Shown here piece by piece: positions 57,456 through 64,000 of a stretch of DNA of 64,000 bases (its first letter is position 1; each line of letters opens with the position of its first letter). This stretch comes from a virus. The notes beneath the pieces are model-generated. The model made no database searches and was not told the origin of the DNA. It worked only from the letters and a program-made list of their open reading frames with translations. The stretch spans positions 11,371 through 75,370 of the IMG/VR virus record IMGVR_UViG_3300047472_000102. One strand, written 5' to 3'. Made by a program: the position numbers and the translations under genes.

Positions 57456-58226
57456 ATGAGCTTGCTCAAAAACCTGAAGTCTGAAGGAACACAGGAACAG
57501 GAAGACCGTCTTGGAGGCTTTCAGCGTCTCAAGACAGACCTGTATCCTGGTAAGGTAAAGCTGGCCTATATCACCAAGAGTGATGGTGGTGCCATGGCTG
57601 TCAATCTCACGTTTGACGTGAATGGCAAGGAGTATCGTGAACCAGCTATCTGGATCACGAACAAGAACGGCGAAAACTTCTATTATGCCAAGGATGATAC
57701 AGCTAAGAAGACGAAGCATCAGCTTCCTGGTTTCAACCTTGTCAATAATCTTTGCCGTTTGGCTCTGGATGGCAAGGAACTTGCTGAACTGGATACCGAG
57801 GATAAGACCATTAAGGTTTATGATCCAACGGAAAAGAAGGAAATCAACAAGTCCATGCCGTGCATCACGGAACTCCATGGTGCAGAAGTCCTTCTTGCCA
57901 TTGAGGAAATCCTTGAAAACAAGCAGGAAAAGAATGACCAGACTGGTCAGTATGAGCCTGTTGCTGACACCCGTGAGGTGAATCAGATTGCTCATGTCTT
58001 CCATCTTGAGACCATGGCTTCCATGTCTGAAATCAAGGAAGAAAAGCCTTTTGGTGAATTCGCCAAGGCTTGGAAGGAAAAGTACGAAGGACAGGTCCGT
58101 GATGCTCGCAAGATCAAGGATGGACAGGCAGCACCTAAGTCAGGTCGTCCGTCTTCCTCTGGTGGTTCCGCTCCTGCATCGAGTGGTGAGAAGAAGACCT
58201 CTTCTTTGTTCAATCGGAACAAGTAA
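57456..58226 (+). CDS. Single-stranded DNA-binding protein (N4 gp45)
   Basis: QEDRLGG...Y.GKVKLAY...GAM...LPGF and C-terminal SSLF tail; synteny. Confidence 0.88.
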   Translation: MSLLKNLKSEGTQEQEDRLGGFQRLKTDLYPGKVKLAYITKSDGGAMAVNLTFDVNGKEYREPAIWITNKNGENFYYAKDDTAKKTKHQLPGFNLVNNLCRLALDGKELAELDTEDKTIKVYDPTEKKEINKSMPCITELHGAEVLLAIEEILENKQEKNDQTGQYEPVADTREVNQIAHVFHLETMASMSEIKEEKPFGEFAKAWKEKYEGQVRDARKIKDGQAAPKSGRPSSSGGSAPASSGEKKTSSLFNRNK

Positions 58227-58793
58227 ATGATTATCCCAGTAATGGGAATGGACCCCAGTTTCACCAACTGGGGTCTAGGTTCCGTCGATCTCGATTTGAC
58301 TACTGGGATACCTTCCACACCCTATATTCAACTAATAGAACCCCTAGAGCTTTCAGGGAAGAATATCCGGGTGAATTCCAACGATCTCCACCGAGCCGAA
58401 CAGATAGCGAGAGTGGTGATTGAAGGAGCCAAGAAAGTCAAAGCCGTCTTTGCTGAGGTGCCTGTTGGTTCACAATCTGCTAGAGCTATGGCCTCTTATG
58501 GTATATGTGTAGGTATTATTTCCACTATTCGAGCCATGGGAATACCCGTCATTGAGGTAACAGCCATTGAATCAAAATTGGCTCTTACTGGTAAAAAAAC
58601 AGCTACGAAGCTGGAAATGATAGAAGCAGCCTTTCAAACCTATCCAGAAGCCAATTGGCTTATTGGAACTAAGGGAAAAGAAAAAGGCAAACTGATAGCC
58701 AAAAATGAGCATATGGCAGATGCCATTGCTGCAATCCACGCAGGGGTAAACACTCCTGTATTCCAACAACTCATGCACATCTTAAAAGGATAA
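58227..58793 (+). CDS. RuvC-like Holliday junction resolvase (N4 gp46-like)
   Basis: GMDPSFTNWG, FAEVPVGSQSARA, EHMADAIAA. Confidence 0.88.
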   Translation: MIIPVMGMDPSFTNWGLGSVDLDLTTGIPSTPYIQLIEPLELSGKNIRVNSNDLHRAEQIARVVIEGAKKVKAVFAEVPVGSQSARAMASYGICVGIISTIRAMGIPVIEVTAIESKLALTGKKTATKLEMIEAAFQTYPEANWLIGTKGKEKGKLIAKNEHMADAIAAIHAGVNTPVFQQLMHILKG

Positions 58794-58798
58794 GATTA

Positions 58799-59236
58799 AT
58801 GCGTGTAATCCTCATTCAGTCTGAAATCGAACAAGCGATTAAGGACTATGTACTAGGCCAGTTGGCCGTAGCTGATGGTATGGACATTGCCATCAGTCTC
58901 AAGGCTGGTCGTGGTGAAGAAGGCTTTACTGCCGATATCGACTTCACCAAGAAGGTAGAAGAAGCTCCGGTTCTTACCCTTGCTTCCACGCCTCGTAGGG
59001 GCCGTCCTCCACTTTCGAAGAACTCTGAAGTAGTTAATACCAAGGAGGTAGTCGAAACCGCACAGGTGGAGGAGCCAGAAACTTCCAATCAGGAAGTAGA
59101 GAACGCTACCCAAGAGGCTGGCACCCAGACAGAGACTATTGAAAAGGCTACACAAGAAGAAGTAGCTGAAGAGCAACCTGTTGCTCGCCCAGCTGGTTCA
59201 CTGTTTGCAGGTCTCAAGCGTCCGTCAAACTCTTGA
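58799..59236 (+). CDS. Conserved N4-like hypothetical protein
   Basis: MRVILIQSEIEQAI...AGRG..G.TA.I N-domain, disordered acidic tail, C-terminal SLF; contains an AT-hook-like RRGRPP. Confidence 0.7.
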   Translation: MRVILIQSEIEQAIKDYVLGQLAVADGMDIAISLKAGRGEEGFTADIDFTKKVEEAPVLTLASTPRRGRPPLSKNSEVVNTKEVVETAQVEEPETSNQEVENATQEAGTQTETIEKATQEEVAEEQPVARPAGSLFAGLKRPSNS

Positions 59237-59287
59237 GTCTGTGAAGAAGGGGGATAGGTGTTCTTGCCTTCCCTATCCCCCTATCGA

Positions 59288-62200
59288 TTACTTCAATATA
59301 TTGACCCAAGGGTTCAATGAAGGTGCTCTGAAGGCAGGACCAAAACCAATATTATTGGTAATATTCCCATGTAATGCAGAGGTCAGAAGGTTGTCATCCA
59401 ATGGTGTACCTACATGACCTACGACAGGCAGAGCAGGAGCAGCAAATGCACTGAATAGTGCTCTTGCTGGATTATTACGAATAAGGCTCATGGCAGTCTT
59501 GGTAGAACGAATTTTGAAGTTCAAGAACCAAGTTAGACCAACACTATCCGAATAATTACGGGTACGGCCTGCCAAGAGATTGTAGTTCACAAACTCCTCA
59601 GTGATAGCAGCCATTGCATCCTCAGCAGACATACCCTTACGATTTACCAGGAAGTCATACATTGTAGCCTTGGCTACAAAGTCACCATACTGGACACTAT
59701 AAGCCAAGAACTTATAGATCGGGGTATCCTTGGTAATCATAGCATAGCGATAAGGTGTCTGGAGCTTCTCCGGAATATATCCAGTAATCTTATCAATGAA
59801 GTTACTAATACGAAGGTCATCATTATCCAGACCTCCATCAGCAACCATCGAGAATTCACCTGCTTTGATTAGTGGATATATTGACATTCTCTTAAAGCTA
59901 TCTTCGATAGAAGCAATACGATTGCTCAGCTTACGTTGAGCCACAATATCCTTCGATCCTTCAGCCGCTCTCAAGTCAGCCTGAAGTTTGATCTGTTCTT
60001 TCCTACGTTCTACGTAGGAATTGATCTCAGCAGTCTTACCTGCAAACGACTTACCAATGATACTTAGAGGAATACCTCGTATCATCAACTGATAGACGTT
60101 AGCCACTGCATTCGCGAGTGGAACGATCAGTGACTTGACCACGATCAAGTTCTTAGCTTCACCCACCAAGTGCTGAAGCATCCGTTCACCCTGAACGAGA
60201 GTCTTAAAGGCTTTATCGCCTCCAAAAATTCCCATAGCAATATTTCTAACCGTTTTCTGAGTTTCCTCATTGATACGGCTATTTCCAGTCCAAGCATCAC
60301 CAATGGATGCCTGACGATAACCAATAGCATTATTGATCATGTCCTTACGGATCATGAAACCATCACGACCAAACTTCTCATTAATGTAATTTTTCACATC
60401 CTGAGGAATGATCTTCCATGTATCTTTATGGATTGGATCATTACTCTTACTAATATCTACAAACTGGTCCTTCTCTTTACGACCAGCATTCCAGATATCA
60501 GAGAGATTATCGACCAACTGGTTATTGAAGGCCATGGCAAGTTGTTCTTCAACCTGACGGCCATTCCATACACCAGTCATGTGCATGATATCAGTGTTCT
60601 TATTAAGAAGACTAATCATGGCAGGAGCCAGAGGACGCTCATAGGCAAGGATATTGCCCTGTGGATCATAGACAGGCAGGAGAGGTTCCTGTGTCTGTCT
60701 CTGGTTTCGAATAAGGTTCTTGGCATTAGCGATCTGAGTAGGATCAGTAATGCGACCTGCAATATTCTCTACCGTGTAACCATTTCCAGGTTGGATACCA
60801 GAAACAGTCTGGTGGACCATTTGCATGGCACCTTGGTTATAGGTAGCCCGTGCAGAGACAGGAGAGAACCAATAGCTCTTCTCCTTACGAGCACGGTCTG
60901 CACTCGATCCATAATACTGACCCATATTCACATATCCGAGTTGCTGCATCTGGACAGCATTCTCATCATTCTCGACTCGAAGAGTTACTCCTTCCTGATT
61001 AGTCGAAGGAATGTAACCCTTATAGTGATTAATGGCAGCATTATCAGTACTAATGTGAGTCTGCTCATCCTTTCGAGTACCTACCAAATAACTCTGGAGG
61101 TATTTCATACCTTCTGGTTCATCCTTGACCAGTCTGGAGATTTCTTCCTTGGTTCCCTCGGAGAGGTACTCAATGGCATGAAGCGTTGTCATCTTATCGA
61201 TGATCTTATGAGCATCCTCATTTAGCTCTGGATTGAAACCAACCTCACCAAACAGATGGGTAATGGCAATAGCATTACGAAGCAGGTTCACTCCGTAAGT
61301 GCCATCGATCATGTATTTGGCAAGCTGGGAAGACTTACGATTCCAGTTGACAAATCTCTTACTATCGATCTTCTTCAGCTGATCCTGCAAATCCTTCAAG
61401 AGGGCGCTACGCTTCGATTTATCACTTAGCAGTGCCAGAGTGCCATCAATCCCATGATCACGTTCCAGAGCCGCTGCATCGGTCTTTCCGAGGCCATAGA
61501 ACAGATGAGTCTTCTGTTCGTCTGTCAGAGGCGTCTTGAACTTGGAACCAAGAAGGAAAGGTACCTGCTCGACAAATTGCTGACGTGTCTGTTGAATAGC
61601 TGCACGACCTTCAGAGACTTGATCGATGACAGACTTGTTCTCATTGGTTCGGCCAATCATTTCCACTACGAAATCATGAGCCACCTGAGGTAATGCTGGC
61701 ATATTATTAATGCCACTAATCACACCCTTAGCAACTTGCTCAGCAGTACGATTATTGACAACAGCAGCAGCCAGAGAAAGAACACCAGCACCAATACGAA
61801 TAGCTTTATTATTGCTATTAGCACGGATATTAGAAGCCTTATTATGAAGGCGATCTGAAAGCTTTTCGATATTATCTTTAACAATAGCATCTGCACGATC
61901 CATGAAGCCAGCAGTATACTTCTCATAGAACAAGGCATTTTCGCCTGTACTCTGGGCCATAACCAGGGACAGCATATCCACGGCTTGCTGTACGTTCTTG
62001 GCTGTACGATCTCCAGCTAAAGCTGTGTTGAGGGTATCGATCCCAACAGAACCAATATTATCAAGGATATTATCAAGAGTATCGTTCTCGCTTTTGAGCG
62101 ATTTTGGCACATCCAATTGAGCCAAGTAACTCCGCAGACCATTATCGACAGCAGCAAGAGAAACAAATGTTGATAGTCGGTCAGACCTTCCGAGGGCATC

Positions 62201-64000
62201 CGTAATAGCTCCATTACCAGTGATAATGTTAAATTTCTGCTGTGCTAATTCACGGTCAGCAGGATGATCAACAGTTGGATTTTTCATCAGGTTTTCGACA
62301 GCGATCTTATTGATCACATGGTCATAGATATCCTGAACACGATTAAGAGCATTGGTGTTCAATCTCGTGTTCAAAGCCATAGCCGTATGGATAGCTTGGA
62401 ACGTCGAGAATTGCTGCATATTCATACCAAAGACAGCAGCCACAGAACCATGGAGCTTTTCCAAGGTCTGAGTAGCAGCAATGGATTGATCCAATTGTCT
62501 GCCCGGTTGGTTCATTTCCAGAGGATCAGTGATGTACTGAGCCATCTTCGAAACGAACATATTACGGATCATAGTTAGACGGCTATCAGCACCATAGACA
62601 TCAGACTGATAAACGGCAGTCTTACGCATGTCTGCACGAAGTAGTTCCGTAGGCGTAGGAGTCTTGAGCAGAACACGGGTATTGAAACGTAGGTTCGAGA
62701 AGATATCACTATCGACCGAAGGACCACGTTTGCCCCAAATCAGTGCTTTAATAGCACTAATCGCTTCACCAATAATACGGAATACAGGGTTCTTAACCGC
62801 TACCTTTTTAGTGGCTTTAATCAGTTCCTGGTTCGAAAGAACCCATGCCATAAACTCATTCAGAGCAAGAGCAGGCTGACCAGTCTGGATATAACCAGCG
62901 ATCTGGTTAGTAGCCATGCTACGAGCAGTGTTGAGAGCTTCGCTATCCGCTTCCGTGCTTTGGACCAGCCACTCATTCATCAGTCCTTCAATGCGCTTGA
63001 CAGCTTCCCTATCTTCAGCGGAAAGAGCAGAAGGATTATTATAATAACCTACTACCTTATCGATAGTAGCAGCATGGATCATTTCATGCAGAAGAGTCTC
63101 AGCAGAAGCATTTGCAATGAATGCATGACGAATCTCCGGAATAATCTTTCCGAGGTAATCAGTATTGGTAAAGTACTCTGGGTAGTTCAATGCTTCATAG
63201 GCATTCAACTGATCTGTAGTTCCAAATAGAACTCTATAGTCTTGTCCCTTTAAAGAAGTAAGAATAGTACCAAAGAATTCTCTTTGGTCAGAATTCAGTA
63301 CTTCCTTGGCTCTATTTTGGAGCCAGACAAGAAGAGATGGTATGGTAGCAATACTGGCACCATTTTCATCAGGAGTGGTTGTGTCTTCCAGAGAGTCCAG
63401 CAATGCACTGTTGTTTCTTTCAACAGCTGGAGCATTCTTTTTACCTTCTCTTATTTCTTGTAGGACTTCGTCCTGTTTATTGTTAATAATATCCGACATT
63501 TCTTGCTCGCTCAAAGAGGTCGCAAGCGTACCAGTCTGTGTAAATGGGCTTTCAGCCGAGGCCATCTGGTCGACAGAAATGGTCATGGACTTGAGCACTT
63601 CATTACGTGCTTCAATTTCCTGAGACAGATTATTAAGGTCATTATTAGCTTTAATAAGACCCTGACGAATCTCATCTTCAGAGAGTAATTCTTTTGGATT
63701 ACCAGAACCTGTAAGAGCCTTGGTAGCCTCAAGGATAACAAAATCCTTCACTTCCTGGATCGCATTGGAACCAAGAAGCAAATCTACAGGATCGTTGGCA
63801 AGGAAGGTATTGAAGCTCCCTGCTACAGCCTGCATTGGATTGGCAGTCATGGCTTTAAAGACAGACTGATTTACAATCCTAGAAGACTCATCAATGTCAG
63901 TAGCAGGTAAGTTGATACCGTCGAACACCTTCAGGGTGCCCTTAGGAGCATTCCTAACAGTAGCAGCATCCTGCATGATCATTCCATCGCCTGTCCCAAT
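59288..64000 (-). CDS. Virion-encapsidated RNA polymerase (N4 gp50), 3' part; gene continues beyond the window
   Basis: Open frame to the window edge (IGTGDGMIMQ, LKVFDG catalytic motif); HEMIH motif; over 1560 aa with no Cys seen; converges on the middle genes at a hairpin at ~59248-59282. Confidence 0.95.
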   Translation of the reverse strand: MGTGDGMIMQDAATVRNAPKGTLKVFDGINLPATDIDESSRIVNQSVFKAMTANPMQAVAGSFNTFLANDPVDLLLGSNAIQEVKDFVILEATKALTGSGNPKELLSEDEIRQGLIKANNDLNNLSQEIEARNEVLKSMTISVDQMASAESPFTQTGTLATSLSEQEMSDIINNKQDEVLQEIREGKKNAPAVERNNSALLDSLEDTTTPDENGASIATIPSLLVWLQNRAKEVLNSDQREFFGTILTSLKGQDYRVLFGTTDQLNAYEALNYPEYFTNTDYLGKIIPEIRHAFIANASAETLLHEMIHAATIDKVVGYYNNPSALSAEDREAVKRIEGLMNEWLVQSTEADSEALNTARSMATNQIAGYIQTGQPALALNEFMAWVLSNQELIKATKKVAVKNPVFRIIGEAISAIKALIWGKRGPSVDSDIFSNLRFNTRVLLKTPTPTELLRADMRKTAVYQSDVYGADSRLTMIRNMFVSKMAQYITDPLEMNQPGRQLDQSIAATQTLEKLHGSVAAVFGMNMQQFSTFQAIHTAMALNTRLNTNALNRVQDIYDHVINKIAVENLMKNPTVDHPADRELAQQKFNIITGNGAITDALGRSDRLSTFVSLAAVDNGLRSYLAQLDVPKSLKSENDTLDNILDNIGSVGIDTLNTALAGDRTAKNVQQAVDMLSLVMAQSTGENALFYEKYTAGFMDRADAIVKDNIEKLSDRLHNKASNIRANSNNKAIRIGAGVLSLAAAVVNNRTAEQVAKGVISGINNMPALPQVAHDFVVEMIGRTNENKSVIDQVSEGRAAIQQTRQQFVEQVPFLLGSKFKTPLTDEQKTHLFYGLGKTDAAALERDHGIDGTLALLSDKSKRSALLKDLQDQLKKIDSKRFVNWNRKSSQLAKYMIDGTYGVNLLRNAIAITHLFGEVGFNPELNEDAHKIIDKMTTLHAIEYLSEGTKEEISRLVKDEPEGMKYLQSYLVGTRKDEQTHISTDNAAINHYKGYIPSTNQEGVTLRVENDENAVQMQQLGYVNMGQYYGSSADRARKEKSYWFSPVSARATYNQGAMQMVHQTVSGIQPGNGYTVENIAGRITDPTQIANAKNLIRNQRQTQEPLLPVYDPQGNILAYERPLAPAMISLLNKNTDIMHMTGVWNGRQVEEQLAMAFNNQLVDNLSDIWNAGRKEKDQFVDISKSNDPIHKDTWKIIPQDVKNYINEKFGRDGFMIRKDMINNAIGYRQASIGDAWTGNSRINEETQKTVRNIAMGIFGGDKAFKTLVQGERMLQHLVGEAKNLIVVKSLIVPLANAVANVYQLMIRGIPLSIIGKSFAGKTAEINSYVERRKEQIKLQADLRAAEGSKDIVAQRKLSNRIASIEDSFKRMSIYPLIKAGEFSMVADGGLDNDDLRISNFIDKITGYIPEKLQTPYRYAMITKDTPIYKFLAYSVQYGDFVAKATMYDFLVNRKGMSAEDAMAAITEEFVNYNLLAGRTRNYSDSVGLTWFLNFKIRSTKTAMSLIRNNPARALFSAFAAPALPVVGHVGTPLDDNLLTSALHGNITNNIGFGPAFRAPSLNPWVNILK

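Noticed and set aside
1-64000. Prophage or temperate lifestyle
   Set aside because: No integrase, repressor, partition genes or host flanks in the window; gene order is that of a permuted lytic N4-like genome

Overview
This window is most of the genome of an N4-like podophage (Schitoviridae), circularly permuted. Several accessory genes suggest a rhizobial/Alphaproteobacterial host, which is an inference. Order: minus-strand late structural, lysis and packaging genes (1-17.0 kb: gp54/55-like, major capsid, gp57/58-like, portal, an inverted thyA, spanins, endolysin, two tailspikes, gp67, terminase, gp69); an Acb2-like anti-CBASS gene; and an RNA-rich island (17.0-21.5 kb). Then come the probable genome end/start junction (~21.9 kb), plus-strand early and middle genes (gp2/Drc, NADAR, SLOG, macrodomain-like, RNAP1, RNAP2, AAA+vWA, dcd, rIIA/B, H-NS-like, helicase, Pol A, primase, SSB, RuvC-like), and the 3' half of the giant virion RNA polymerase, which runs off the window end. 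The main unexplained signal is the RNA island. It holds five canonical tRNAs interleaved with (i) a ~480-nt multi-stem pseudoknotted RNA, (ii) a ~67-nt RNA sharing three exact motifs with it in the same order, (iii) a tRNA(CAU) with a 37-nt variable region, (iv) a tRNA mimic with no proper anticodon arm, (v) several back-to-back stem-closed RNAs and (vi) small RNAs carrying anti-Shine-Dalgarno tracts. These sit among genes for a nucleotide-signal sponge, HU and a stand-alone DnaA DNA-binding domain. All protein calls come from motif recognition and N4 synteny by eye, and all RNA structures from manual base-pairing. No database searches were run.
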